From contig OZ024741.1 in NCBI GenBank assembly GCA_964016885.1, positions 186,744,001-186,808,000 on the forward strand: 64,000 bases of DNA, in the 5' to 3' direction. Every line of letters starts with the position of its first letter. Positions within the stretch are counted from its first letter, which is position 1. The position numbers and the translations under genes were made by a program. The notes under the pieces were generated by a model. That model was not told the origin of the DNA, searched no databases, and saw only the letters and a program-made list of their open reading frames with translations. Source of the stretch: Eledone cirrhosa (lineage: Eukaryota). This document shows positions 27,566 through 40,878 of the stretch, in pieces.

Positions 27566-29467
27566 CTACCTTTCCGCTTCCCGGGGTTCGGGTTGCACGA
27601 CTTCCATGGGGTCGGAGGTGTTGGGTGAAGGGGTGTCTTGTGGTGGTGTGGGGTCGTCAGTGTGTGGTGGGGTTGGGGTGTTTGGAGTTGTGTTGGGGAG
27701 GGGAAGGGGAGGGGGAAAGCTGTTTAGTAGGACGCGGTTTATGGGTTTGACAGAGGGTGGTCCTACGTCCTCCTTAAAATCCTTTTTTAGTTTTTGGTAG
27801 AGGTTCATTGGGATCTTTATTAGTTTTAAATGTGGGTAGTTTTCTGACGAAACAAAGTTTACACCTTCGGTTTGTACCGAAGGATTATTGTATAAGAGCT
27901 CATTTAATTTATTATTGTTTCTGTTGATGTAAGTATAGTGTAATGTCTTTTTTTCCGATGGTGTGAGTGTTTCAAAGAGGGGAGGGGCAGGTTTGGTTTT
28001 GTTTGTTGCTGGAGGGGTGTTTTCTGTTTTGTTGGATTGTGTTGAGATTTGAGTGGGGGTTGTTTGTCCTTGTGTGTTTTGCACATGTTTTCTTTTTTTC
28101 CTTTTAATCTGTCTGAAGGACTCCGTTTCTTCCTCCGAATTCGTTGGGTTATCTTCAGTGTTGGAGGGAAGAGGTATGTTTGCTGGTAATGTTTCCGTGT
28201 TGGTTTTCTTTGTGGGGGAGATGGATGTCACTATGTTAGACTGTGTTGTGTGTTGTGTCTGCGGTGGTTGTGTTGTTTTATTGAGTGAGAGGTTGGGTGG
28301 GCCTGTATTTTGTTTTGGGGTAATGTGTTGTGACTGTTTGTGTTGTGGTGGTGTTGTGGTTTTACTGAGGGACGGGTTGGGTGGGACTGAGTTTTGTTGT
28401 TTGTTTATCTGTTGTGGTGGTGGTGGTGGAGCTGGTGTTGGTAGCAGGATTTTCTTTTTGTTGAGTTGGGGACAAGCGGCCTTCAGGTGCCCTCTGCCTG
28501 CACAGATATGGCAGGACGGCCTTCTTCCCTCCACGCTAATGTTTATATACCCGTGGTCCTCTAATAGGATTCTGTCGGGTATTTGGGCGATGCGTTCAGG
28601 CTTCATTTGTACTACCAGCTCTATACCTGTTCCACTGAACGCATTGCCTGTGGTTTTCCCAATGGAAATCACGTTGTCATTCACTGGATCGATGAAGCCA
28701 GCTATGAGCCAGCAGTAGTCCACATCTGGCATCATTGCATCCAGCCATATGCGTTGAGTTCTTTTCCCCATATAAGATGGATAAAAGGTGAAATTTTTCG
28801 AACGAATCGGTGACAAAGCACATTTTTTTGCCGCCGATTCGTTCTTCATGATAATTGCTAGGCTTCCATACAGTCTGTCTTTTCTTATGAAAGTGGTTTC
28901 ATTGAGTACTTCTGTGAGTACTGTTTTGATATCTGCTTGAGAAGGCTGTTCAGGTTTTTTTGTACTGTTGTTGATGGTCCGAAACTTGACCGTTCGGCTT
29001 TCAATGTCTTTCGTGAATTCTTGAGGCATTTTTACCGATAAAATACCATTCTCTCCTTCACTTATGTATTGTTTGGCGTCCGTGATCCTTCGTACCACAT
29101 CTGAAATGTTTTCCGCTATATAAGTCAAAGATTTCTTTGTTTTCTGTGCAAATGAAATCTTGTCGTCTGCTTTGTTTTCTGATATGGTGTTATTTTCAAA
29201 TGTTATTTTTGTGTTTGTTGTGTCTTTGTTTGTGTTATTAGTATTGTCATGCAATTTTTCAAATTTTTTTTTTTCGTTGTTGGAATCCAAGTCCAGATTT
29301 GTGTTTTCGTCATTTTTTTTTTTTTCCGCAGATTCGTCTGTTTTTATTTTAATTTTTCCTTCCTTCTCTATGACGTTAGTTGGGAAGGAAGGGGGGACTA
29401 AAGCGTGCGAGCTTACAACTCTTACCGCTGTCCCCCCACCACTATTTTCGTTCGCTGCGTTTAACAT
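27566..29467 (-). CDS. ORF1: nucleic-acid-binding protein with CCHC zinc knuckle (633 aa)
   Basis: CHICAGRGHLKAAC knuckle, Pro/Thr/Gln-rich C-terminal half, basic KRKKRK patch; ends 33 nt before the ORF2 ATG. Confidence 0.92.
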   Translation of the reverse strand: MLNAANENSGGGTAVRVVSSHALVPPSFPTNVIEKEGKIKIKTDESAEKKKNDENTNLDLDSNNEKKKFEKLHDNTNNTNKDTTNTKITFENNTISENKADDKISFAQKTKKSLTYIAENISDVVRRITDAKQYISEGENGILSVKMPQEFTKDIESRTVKFRTINNSTKKPEQPSQADIKTVLTEVLNETTFIRKDRLYGSLAIIMKNESAAKKCALSPIRSKNFTFYPSYMGKRTQRIWLDAMMPDVDYCWLIAGFIDPVNDNVISIGKTTGNAFSGTGIELVVQMKPERIAQIPDRILLEDHGYINISVEGRRPSCHICAGRGHLKAACPQLNKKKILLPTPAPPPPPQQINKQQNSVPPNPSLSKTTTPPQHKQSQHITPKQNTGPPNLSLNKTTQPPQTQHTTQSNIVTSISPTKKTNTETLPANIPLPSNTEDNPTNSEEETESFRQIKRKKRKHVQNTQGQTTPTQISTQSNKTENTPPATNKTKPAPPLFETLTPSEKKTLHYTYINRNNNKLNELLYNNPSVQTEGVNFVSSENYPHLKLIKIPMNLYQKLKKDFKEDVGPPSVKPINRVLLNSFPPPLPLPNTTPNTPTPPHTDDPTPPQDTPSPNTSDPMEVVQPEPREAER

Positions 29468-29738
29468 TTCTGTTAGACGATTGAAATTGTTTACACAAAA
29501 TTTTTTAAAACAGGTTTTTCACCTCTAGGAGGGGTAAAGATGAGCTGACCCACCGCCTGACAGTTCAGACGGAGGGTCAAGCTACACAATTGTATCAAAA
29601 TTAAGTTTGAACTCACAAAATTTCCTCAATAAATTTGAACAAAACTTCTGTGCGAAGTGAATTACATCCACACTGTAGAACAGACGACAGCTAGATTATT
29701 AGATAGATAGATATATAGATAGATAGATAGATAAATAT

Positions 29739-30150
29739 GCACGGGTGTGTATGATTGTGTATAGAAGATTATATTAATAAGAGGAATTCCAACGTTGTCT
29801 GATTTACTCGTTTTATTTACAATCCTTTAAAATTTATAATGGTATTATAATGAAATAGTATGATAGAATATTAAATGTTAAGTGTTAGTTGAACAAGTCA
29901 AGTTTGCAATTTTCAACTGTCAGTTGAAAATTGCAAACTTGACTGTCACCACACATTATGAACCTAAAGATTGCGAAAGCATGATAGTACTTGTTCAACT
30001 AACACTTAACATTTAATATTCTATCATACTATTTCATTACAATACCATTATAAATTTTAAAGGATTGTAAATAAAACGAGTAAATCAGACAAAGTTGGAA
30101 TTCCTCTTATTAATATAATCTTCTATACACAATCATAAACACCCGTGTAT
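29739..30150. repeat. Fold-back element with nested central hairpin and decayed hammerhead
   Basis: Arms 29739-29898 and 29989-30150; inner hairpin 29896-29945; TGAAC-CTAAAGA-TTGCGAAAGCAT-GATA-GTAC-TT-GTTCA at 29959-29997. Confidence 0.8.
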
Positions 30151-30159
30151 ATATATCTA

Positions 30160-30205
<46 letters not shown>

Positions 30206-30338
30206 AAGTTATATCTGTATAAATACAGAATGGTAACCGACACCGCAACAATATGTATATAAATATACACATTTTTTTATGTAGACATGCAAACAAGCCA
30301 AAAAATACGAGTTCTCTTGGAAATTGAAATAATTATAA

Positions 30339-30389
30339 ACACATTTAATCGATTTTCGGATCTTATTGGATCCTCATCATAAGGCGTGT
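30339..30389 (-). ncRNA. Decayed hammerhead motif
   Basis: ATGATGA-GGATC CAATAA GATCC-GAAA-ATCGAT-TA; C3 mutated, stem I imperfect. Confidence 0.55.
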
Positions 30390-30662
30390 ACGATTGTGTA
30401 CAAAAATAGTTAGGGATGGTGATGTTATTGAAAAATGCCGATAATCTAGATATGAGCTTTCGTAAAATTAGATCTTAAGAGAGTAAATATTTTAAGTGGT
30501 CCGACGATCACACCTAATGTAGCGGAAAAAAACAATTAACACAGTTATTTATATCCATATATACATGCTATATATAGACATGTATGTGCATGTTTGTGAT
30601 ATATATATGTGTGTTTGCTTGTATCTAAACAAATACTCGCTCCTACATACATGTGTGTAAAG

Positions 30663-30697
<35 letters not shown>

Positions 30698-30699
30698 AG

Positions 30700-31302
30700 T
30701 ATGTATACGTACATATATGTATACAGACATACAATAGTATGTATACATACATGCACACATATATATATGTACGTATGGATTCACCAAATATTTATTATAA
30801 TGCTCGGTGTGTTTGTAAATAAACATCCCGAATTAAGCCATAGTGTCTAGCAACCATCGTTGCTCATTTGTTCAACACTGACAAAGGAACGGTGTACTAG
30901 TTTCAAGCTTATTAGCTATCGTCAGCAACGTATACCTTCCTGCCAGATGATTGAACGTCTGAAAGTATATACTTTCCTTATGCATATTAACGGCTGAGCA
31001 GCCTAATTTGCATATCGAGTGAGTTAATCGGCCGGGCGCACCGAAAACGATAAACGGAAAAAATGAAACGAAATTTCATTTCTCACGATAATTCGGGATG
31101 TTTGTTTACAAACACACCGAGCATTATAATAAATGTTCGGTGAATCCATACGTACATATATATATGTGTGCATGTATGTATATATATATATACATACTAC
31201 TGTATGTCTGTATACATATATGTATGTACGTATACATACTTATATTTAAGTAACAGCCGTACTAAGAGTGGGAAATGAAATTTCGTTTCATTTTTTCCGT
31301 TT
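30700..31302. mobile_element. Hammerhead-bearing family A copy 3 with inverted partial duplication
   Basis: 30700-31085 is colinear with copy 2; 31092-31302 is an inverted copy of the element end; hammerhead 30889-30931 (minus). Confidence 0.85.
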
Positions 31303-31899
31303 ATATATATATATATATTGAGATTTATTCAGTGGAGACACATTTACTAGCATTAATCTAGGACGGAAAACAAGCTTTCCATCACGACTCGAACGCCGCA
31401 TATATTGAAATCCGAACATCACTGAACTGATTACACAAAAGAACGACTGTCAAATAAATCTATGAAAATAGTGTAGATTTACTCAAACTGTCGGTTTGAA
31501 TAAGCAACCATTGTGAACTTTGAAGTGCTTTCAAAAAATTATAATCAATATTAATCACTGTATAAAATATAAATTCAATGTTTTTTATTCATGCAATATC
31601 GTTGTTTTACTGTATTTGAAAACAGAATTTTAATGTCCGGGACAGTAACGAATAGGCCTCGACTTGGATCATTTCTCAAAACCTGAGTGTATGTTTGTCT
31701 TTGTAGCTGTAAAGGGCTTTATTTCGTGATCATTAGCTTAAACATCTCCACGTTATATATAGGATTTTTTCAAATGACGAACACAGTGCTATCATATATA
31801 CAAACGTCTGCTGAAAAGGTTCTGTCCACTTATTGTTAGAATACAGACGATAATTAGATGCTGACTATCTTCAGAAAAGCCAAACAATGGATGCAGTAT

Positions 31900-32083
31900 C
31901 AGACCTGTCAACTCTTCCCGTCCGACAGGGAGATCTCCCACACACTTTGGGGTTGGTGAGAGATGTGAAAATGGGTATAGCTTTCATTATGAAAGATCTC
32001 CCCACCTTGCCTCATTTCTCCACGTTTTAGGGCACTTATTTCATAGTACTCCCTGTTTGGGTTTTTAGTGGTTGGCAGGTCAG
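31900..32083. mobile_element. Possible MITE
   Basis: CAGACCTGTCAAC ... GTTGGCAGGTCAG imperfect 13-bp TIRs; flanks CAGTAT / CAGTCT. Confidence 0.45.
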
Positions 32084-32641
32084 CAGTCTACTGCTTTAAC
32101 CTGTTGTGACGATTATATGAAGCACTAAAAGAAAACAAAATCGTTGATGAAAGCTACGGACAGATGTTCTTTTGAAGACCAATAGACCTGTAGACAGGGC
32201 TAACAAAAAGATGTGTGTTTTAAAGAATGTGTGCTTTGTGTGCGCATGCCATCTATTCTACATCCCAGATCTCACACCCTACAACTATTTTATATTTCAA
32301 AATCTTTAAATGGGTGTAAAAAGAAAACGAATTTTCAAAGGATTTTTGTGAGGTAACACGAGACGAGTGGTAATACAGTAACTATCGGATTTTTATTTTG
32401 AGGGGAGAATTAGAGAGACTTGACCATCTGCTACATATGCTGAACTGCGGGGTGATACGTGGTACAGCACGTATATTTCGTGACTCAGCGCCATATTCTT
32501 CTTTGTTGGGCTGAGAACATTTCAGCACAGCATCGCATTCTGTGTATGCAGGCTTGTGACTGTATGCAAGTATATAAATATGTGTGTGTGCGTGTGTAAG
32601 TGTTTCTGTATATGCACATACATACTTACATACATACAGAC

Positions 32642-32695
<54 letters not shown>

Positions 32696-33702
32696 GAGTA
32701 CGCGCGTGTATGTGTACGTATGTGTGTGTGTTTGCATGTCTAGTTGTGAATTTGAATACAGGCGTGTATTTGCTTGCGCCTCTGTATATTTGTTTGCCTC
32801 GTTCAGTAAATCATAGTGGTGGCGGTGGGGTATATAATAGATGATATATATGTGATAGAACAACTGATAACCGGAGACCGTGAACTCTTATCAGTCCGGT
32901 TAAACTATAAACATTATGTCTACATATCTATTTATAAAAAAGGAGTTAAGTACATCATCCTACTTACCTTATCTAAATCCATGCCTTTCGTTATTTCCCT
33001 TAGCTTATTATATTTTTTTAATTATCTATATACAAAATCCGTGTATATATGCTTTTCGTGTTCATATGTGATTTGTATGTGTATATGTATTTTGTGTGTA
33101 TATATGGGTTTGGTATGTGTTTTGTGTGTATAAGTGTTTTATGTGTGCATGTGTTTTGCGTGCATGTATGTGTTTTGTGTATGTATATGTGTTTTGTGCG
33201 TGAGTTGTGTGTATTTTGTTGTTTTTAGTGTGTGTTCTGCCTGTGTTGGTCTCGTGCAAGCACTCGAATGTAAACATCACCTCAGCTTGCGGTGCCAACA
33301 GAGGAAGCCGCTACGTAGAGATCCGACATGCAAGAAATGTCAACCAGATCTCCCTCATAACACAACTCTTTACAGTATGTAAAAAAAAAAACACCTGAAG
33401 ACCTATAGCAGCCAAATCTCTCTCATATTGCAACACAATATCGCATTAAATATAAAACAGGGGGGGGGGGGTACATCGCATAGATGGTGTACGACTAACA
33501 TTTTTTTTCTTTTTATAGTCAGGAAAATGGGAGCGGCCGTTCATCGGGTAATTTCCCTCCTATATTGATGAGATCAATAATATTGGTGTTCAGATTGAAC
33601 AGTTGTATGTTAATAACTGCAATGGATGAGGGTTAGGAAGAACTTCAGTGGCACAAGTTCGGGGACTAAAGGATCGTTTAAAGTGTTTACACAGGGTCCT
33701 CA

Positions 33703-34077
33703 TAATTGTTTCTACTTTTGACACCAAGCCAGCAATATCCAGTGTATTACTGGTACTTTATTTTATCGACCCCATAAGGATGAAAGGCAAAGTTAACCTC
33801 GGCGGGATTTGAACCCAGACTATAAAGGACCGTAACTCTTTGCTGCAAAGCATGGCGTCTGACGCTCTACCGATACTGTGCCAAATAAAATTGTTTCTAC
33901 TTTTGGCACAAGGCCAGCAAATACCCAGTACACTACTGGTACTTTATTTTATTGACCCCGTAAGGATGAAAGGCAAAGTTAACTCCGGCTGGATTTGAAC
34001 TCAGATCATAAAGGGCCGTAACTATATGCTTCAAAGCATTGTGTCCGACTCTCTATCGATACTGCCATTCCACGGCC
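33703..34077 (-). mobile_element. Two tandem tRNA-type SINE copies
   Basis: 33703-33878 and 33888-34077 both match the reverse complement of the 4457 family. Confidence 0.88.
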
Positions 34078-34275
34078 CTACTGTGCCAAATAATGATGAC
34101 ACAACAGGGGTGAGATGGAGCGATACGTCAACACCACCATCGTTGATGACAACAACAAAAGCTGTTACGATGAGAGCAACAACAACAAATACGCATAAGA
34201 GCAACAACCACAACAGCAAGAAACAGCGTCTAGTTTTCTAAATCCTTAAACACGTAGATTCCGTGTAAAATAACG

Positions 34276-35051
34276 TACAGTAAGTAATCTTCCGCTATAT
34301 CGCGGTTCACCTTTCGCGGTCCCGCTACATCGCGGATTATTCTTTGCAACATATCTATTTTCCTATCACGATAATCCTCGCTACATCGCGGATTATTCTT
34401 TGCAACATATCTATTTTCCTATCACGGTAATCCCCGCTACATCGCGGATTATTCTTTGCAACATATCTATTTTCCTATCACGGTAATCCCCGCTACATCG
34501 CGGATTATTCTTTGCAACATATCTATTTTCCTATCACGGTAATCCCCGCTACATCGCGGATTTTTCGATAGAACATATCTATTTTCTTATCAGGGTACGT
34601 ACTTGTGAATAAAAAATGTTTAAATTTTAAAACTTATTAAATAAGTTTCGATGTGATTGAAGTGTTTAGCGTAAGGAAGGGGCATCTTAAGGCTTTAACT
34701 ATAAAAATGTTTCTATTCCATTACTGATTTACTAATTGAGTTTTTCTCTAATCTACTACAAACCATCACAGATTGACTGCAGCTATGCAGTGTATTACCA
34801 AGCGGCTAACGTGGCTGATAATAGTCGCCACTGGTAACTAGTGGTACGATGGTTGGTGATAGTTTCTATAGGATTGTTACTCGCTGTTTTGAGTGTTTAA
34901 ATACAAAAGTGTGTTTTAATGAGTTTATATGTACTTAAAGCGTGTAGGAGATGTATTTTAAGGGTTAAACTATGAAAACAACGGTTTCTCTATATCGTGG
35001 TTGGTTCTGGAACGTTTCCCCTGCGATAAACGGGGGGGGGGGTTATTGTAT
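34276..35051. mobile_element. pogo/Tigger-like non-autonomous DNA element with internal 56-bp minisatellite
   Basis: TA-CAGTAA...CCGCTATATCGCGG start and GCGATAAACGGGG...TATTG-TA end; CTACATCGCGG recurs at 34325, 34381, 34437, 34493, 34549. Confidence 0.65.
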
Positions 35052-35111
35052 AGTATTAATATGAAGTAGTTTCAGGTTTTATCTGATTCAATGCAGAAGA
35101 CAGCTTCGAGG

Positions 35112-35300
35112 TGTGGATTGGCAGTATCGGTAGAGGGTCGGACGCCATGCTTTGACGCATAGAGTTACGGCCCTTGCCATTCTGAGTTCAAATCCCGCCG
35201 AGGTTAACTTTGCCTTTCATCCTTACGGGGTCGATAAAATAAAGTACCAGTAATGCACTGGTTAATTGCTGGTCTTATGCCAAAAAGTAGAAACAATTAT
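35112..35300 (+). mobile_element. tRNA-type SINE
   Basis: Matches the 4457 family. Confidence 0.9.
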
Positions 35301-36009
35301 TTCGATGAAATATTATGCAGTTTGTGTATGTCTGTGTTTGGATTTGTCTAGACATGTGTGTATGTGTGCGCCTGTCCATATGCGTGTGCGTGATTGGGTG
35401 TTTTTGAGTATGTGAATGGGCGGTTGTTTGTGCGGATATGTATTTGTGAGTATGTTTGAGTTTCTTTGGATGTGTTTGTTAATATATGAATCAATGTACA
35501 CATGTGTGTATGTAATGCCTATGTTCGGGTGCATGTGTCAATGTGCATGTAAGTGTTCCTACGCTTGCGTGAATATAAGTATGTGTTAATGTATGTGTTA
35601 GCATGTACAAATGCGTATGTGTGTGTGTGCGCGTGTGTGGACGTATGAAAGTTTGAATATGTGTCTGTGTGCTCATACACGTGTTTGTCTGAATACGTCT
35701 ATATGTGTGGGAATGTCTATGTATGTATGTATATGACTGTCTCTGCATATACGTAAGTTTATATACAAAGCTTATGTATATTTGGTATCAACTGAGGGCC
35801 AGTATATATGATGACAACTGAAAGATAAACTAAATACGTTTAAATCTTCCATTCCCTCCATTCGTATTTGAAGCTATCATACCTGTTATATACTCAGATT
35901 AATTAAGGCAACTACAACCTTCTCCAGTTCAGAATAACCTAGCATTCGTTATTTAGTTAAAATTTATCTTTACACCGTTAGTTCAAATTATGTCAAAGTG
36001 AACACGTTT

Positions 36010-36410
36010 TTGTTGATGTTGTTGTTGTTGTTGCTGTTCTTCTTCTTCTTCTTCTTCTTCTTCTTCTTCTTCTTCTTCTTCTTCTTCTTCTTCTTCTTCT
36101 TCTTCTGGAAGGGTCGTGATAATAGATTCCTTAAACAGATCTTCCAGCGACTCCTGTCAGAATTAACCGTCTCCAATTGATCCGCTTCTATCCCCAAGCA
36201 AGTCCGGTCAAGCTCATGGGTGTTATCCAACCATATTTCAGAGATCTATCTTTGGGTTTCCTGCCGGTTGGTTATGCTCGTAAAATCTTTCCTGGGATAT
36301 TCTAACCACGTGACCGTAGTATCGGAACTGCGATCTCTCAATTCGGAGTAACGACTTTACCTTCAGCGACTCTCTGATCTCTGAGCTACGCACGTTACAC
36401 CAAAGACCCT
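36010..36410 (-). mobile_element. RTE-like LINE 3' fragment with (AAG)n(AAC)n tail
   Basis: VRSSEIRESLKVKSLLRIERSQFRYYGHVVRI resembles the RTE C-terminal LRWxGHVxRM motif; (TTC)n at 36038-36106. Confidence 0.7.
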
Positions 36411-36515
36411 TCAAATGGACCTCATACACTTGAAGTGTTTTCGTCGATCCGAGGATGTGGTAAACGACATTATTATTATACACACAAGCACACACACAGA
36501 CTTACAAACCATCTC

Positions 36516-37170
<655 letters not shown>

Positions 37171-37487
37171 ATATATATATATGTGTATATATATATACTT
37201 AATTACTGCGTGACAAAGTCAAGTCATCTTAGCCATTTAAAAACAAACTATAACAGATTACTGTATATTTATCATTTATATCCCTGTGTCAAAGTTTTCG
37301 TCGAACTCTCTGCGAGCTCGTACTGACATTTCTTCTGCTAATGATTTGAAGTTTAGTATCTGGCTGCATTTTATCAGCATCAGGATTTTTTCTCTCTGCC
37401 TTATTTATTATCATTTAAATACATACGTCTACATGAATACCTACAAGTGTATATGAATACCTACAAGTGTATGTGTGCATTTATATA

Positions 37488-37560
<73 letters not shown>

Positions 37561-37889
37561 AAAATCCTGACCTCTGCGCCAAGCGTTTTTCGGCTTCAGT
37601 CATAAATACATGCATATACATATACATACATTCATACATACGTATACATACATACATACATACATACATACATACATACATACATACATACATACATACA
37701 TACATACATACATACATACATACATACATACTTACTTACATACATACATAGACGTATTGATATATATGTATAATATATACCTAGGTAATTTTGAGCAACC
37801 GTTAGCAGATATTGAATAACTATGACGCATGCTCAAAATTAAATACGAAAGCACAACAGTGAAAATAATAATCAACACACACACACACA

Positions 37890-37934
<45 letters not shown>

Positions 37935-38686
37935 ACACACAGACACACACACACTTAGTGACATTCACACACACACACATACACACACACACAAACACAC
38001 ACATAGTTTCATTAACACCCACCCACACATACACACATATATATTGACATTCATACGCACACACACGCACACACACAAACACACACAGTTTCATTAACAC
38101 GCGCACACACACACATATATATTGACATTCATACGCACACACACACACACACATACACATACACATACATTTACATACACACTCGCAAGATGATGCTTCC
38201 GCTAAAACTAAACATTACAGACACTATAAAATAACTAAAGATGTCTCGCTTTTGATAAGACATAGTAACAACATGGCTCCATCCCATATCTACCCTGCTG
38301 ACATAGCTGTCTCTCTTTCTGATGTTGATGAGGATTAAGATGAGGCTGACGTCTCAACTAAACATTCTTGTTATGGCTGACTGGAGCTTTTCACGCCGGC
38401 TCCAAAAGACCAGAGGAGGCCCTTGCGGTTGTAGTCACCATCCCCGCTTCTTGGCTGGATGTGTTTCGCCATTTACCCGCAACCTTCCTTTGCTCCCATG
38501 CAAAAATAGCGACTGAATAATAATATAAGAATCAGGCATCCAAATTTGACACGTGTTTCCTATTAACCCTTCTACCTTAAAGTAATATATAGTCCTTCAC
38601 TTTGTACACACTATACCATTAGATAATATATGCATGACCCTTTTCGTTGTCATTTATTACTCAGAAATGAATGTATATTATGTATA

Positions 38687-38723
38687 CTAGCAGAAAACCA
38701 CCCTTCGGGTGGTTTTCTGCTAG
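38687..38723. other. Perfect 17-bp hairpin bounded by CTAG
   Basis: CTAGCAGAAAACCACCC-TTC-GGGTGGTTTTCTGCTAG. Confidence 0.9.
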
Positions 38724-40109
38724 CATGTGTAGTGTGTATATTGATAATATATGCACGTATATATACATGTAGATATGATACATCAAATAAAATCGTAATT
38801 GACAATATGCACAGCAATTGAACGAAGACTGCGTTACACTCTCTTATGTAATCAGTAACGTAATCCGTGATACATTAAAAAAAGACGATATTATATATAA
38901 ACTGCATTAGGAGAAAATTAGTGACAGAAATATATGAATATTTATTTGAACGATCGCTAACCGGAAGTGTTGACATTTGAAAATTTTAAAGAAGTGAATC
39001 TTTAAATAAGTAATAAAATATATTTAATAAACAGCCACGAAATTTAGTAGATAAATTATGTAATATTCATTCATTATTGATTCAAAGTAATCCAACTTAT
39101 TTTACTAATGGGATAACAAATTATAAACCGTACGCAGTTTAGATTTGACTGTCTATTTGCCTTCTGATTTGTGTTTGAAATAAACAGCGTTTCGGTATAA
39201 ACTCTACGTAGATTGAATAATAAAGCTTTTCTCATAATGATCGGCCAGTTAGCCGTGAATCGTGTAAAGGAATCCTATAAGTTTGTTTCTATGCATGATG
39301 AGAATAACAATATTTCTCACATTTGATTACATTTTAACTTAGATTTTCTAATGTAAGCTGTTTAGTGTATACATATCTATTATTTAAATAAACACGTCAA
39401 CAACGAATGCAGATTATGAATATTTGACTGATTATAAATTCTCCTAGTAGATGTGATGATATGCTTGCTTGTTTTCTGGTGGGTGCTGAACTAGCCCTGA
39501 TAAGTAAAGGCATTCTCTTATGTTTTTCTATGTACGAAGAGAATACTGACGTTTTTTTACATTTGTTTGTTTTTACAGTGAGATTTATAAATTAAATTTA
39601 ACTACATTAAATTCAACTTGTATGAAACAAGTAAAAGAGTAAAAAGAGGAGTGCGTGTGTTTGACTATGCGTGCACACGCAAGCTAAGCAGATAGTAAAA
39701 CAACAGTCAGAGAAATTAAATGAAGGAACTCGATATATCACCGATTGATTCTTCCACACTCAACCGAGAGATTGCTCTTTGTTATTACGAATTTACAACC
39801 GAAAATTGGAACAATTCATATATACCCACCCGTGCACATGAAGAACCCCATTCTTATTTTACATTTTAACTAATTTACTCAAGGTGATACCGTGAGCTAT
39901 CACTCCATCCTAAATCACCTCGGTCAAGATATTTGAATACATAAGAAAGCAAATATTTTAGGTATTGTCGATTCTTATTCTAAGGTCATTACATATTATC
40001 CATTGCTCTTTAAAATAAAATGATTAATTCTCGTCATATAATGGCTTAAATATAGTAGGAGGGGCAGTGGTCATGAGTATTTGGAGTTTCGTAAAGCCTG
40101 AATATACCT

Positions 40110-40825
40110 CAGAATCTAAATTTGGTGTGAATTCATTCAATAAAGTGTATTTCGCTAAAGATACCCATGTTTCATGTGATGGTGTTAAATCAATCTTCGC
40201 GTTATGTGCAACAGCTAGTATGGGCATTTCATCAGAGTGAACTCCGCTAATGCCACTCAAGTGTCAGGTGAAGATGTTAAACCTGGTGTCCTGTTAGGTC
40301 TAACAACCAAAGAGGGTACACTAAAATTTGGTCTAAATTATTTATGTGATAAAGATAGTTAGTCATAGATTAAGTGGAGGGGTAAAACAATTTTTTGTTA
40401 CTTTTTTACTCAAGCTGAATTTGAATACTTTCGACATTGTGAAATTCTCGAAATATATCCATGGATCAGGTAGAGGTCATAAACCGAGCGTTCTCTTAGG
40501 TCTAACACCCAAGTCCGGTTTGAATTGTTTTGACAGAATGTTTTCAAATAAAGACACCCATGGTTTAGGCAGATGTGATGATACACGGTATAAAAGCAGA
40601 CAAAAATCATTGGTGTTATGCCTTACTAAAACAGTCTTAATTCTTAAAGGTCTTTCGGAAACAAACATAAAAAAATATTTGATAAAGAGAAATGAAATAG
40701 CAAATATTGAGGATGAAAGTTAGGAAGCAAAAGACGATTTGTTCATTAGATCTGAGTTTTGGGAGAAGAGACTTAGCAATGTCAGGGGATTCCTAGATGA
40801 GTTGCAATATACTCTGAAGGACATA
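40110..40825 (+). pseudogene. Frameshifted coding remnant with about 33-aa degenerate protein repeats, unknown family
   Basis: SKFGVNSFNKVYFAKDTHVSCDGVK / ..VSGEDVKPGVLLGLTT / LKFGLN.. / LKLNLNTFDIVKFSKYIHGSGRGHKPSVLLGLTP / KSGLNCFDRMFSNKDTHGLG. Confidence 0.5.
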
Positions 40826-40878
40826 GTATGCATGCATGTATGTATGTATGTATGTATGTATGTATGTATGTATGTATG

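Larger units (their letters stand above)
23881..29695 (-). mobile_element. Full-length, apparently intact L1/Tx1-clade non-LTR retrotransposon
   Basis: Two uninterrupted ORFs, 5' and 3' UTRs, 3' end AATAAAGAAA; (AGAT)n at 23857-23880 and 29700-29733. Confidence 0.96.

Noticed and set aside
24391-29528. Additional ORFs overlapping or antisense to the Tx1 ORFs (also 7827-8979)
   Set aside because: Shadow ORFs of GC-rich coding sequence with no motifs
34321-34600. Regularly spaced repeats resembling a CRISPR array (also 20804-21120)
   Set aside because: Units are contiguous and identical with no unique spacers or cas genes; eukaryotic minisatellites
37270-37400. Possible exon on the minus strand (also 57890-58030 and 19640-19830)
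   Set aside because: Poor splice context or early stops; 57910-57970 looks more like a LINE C-terminal remnant
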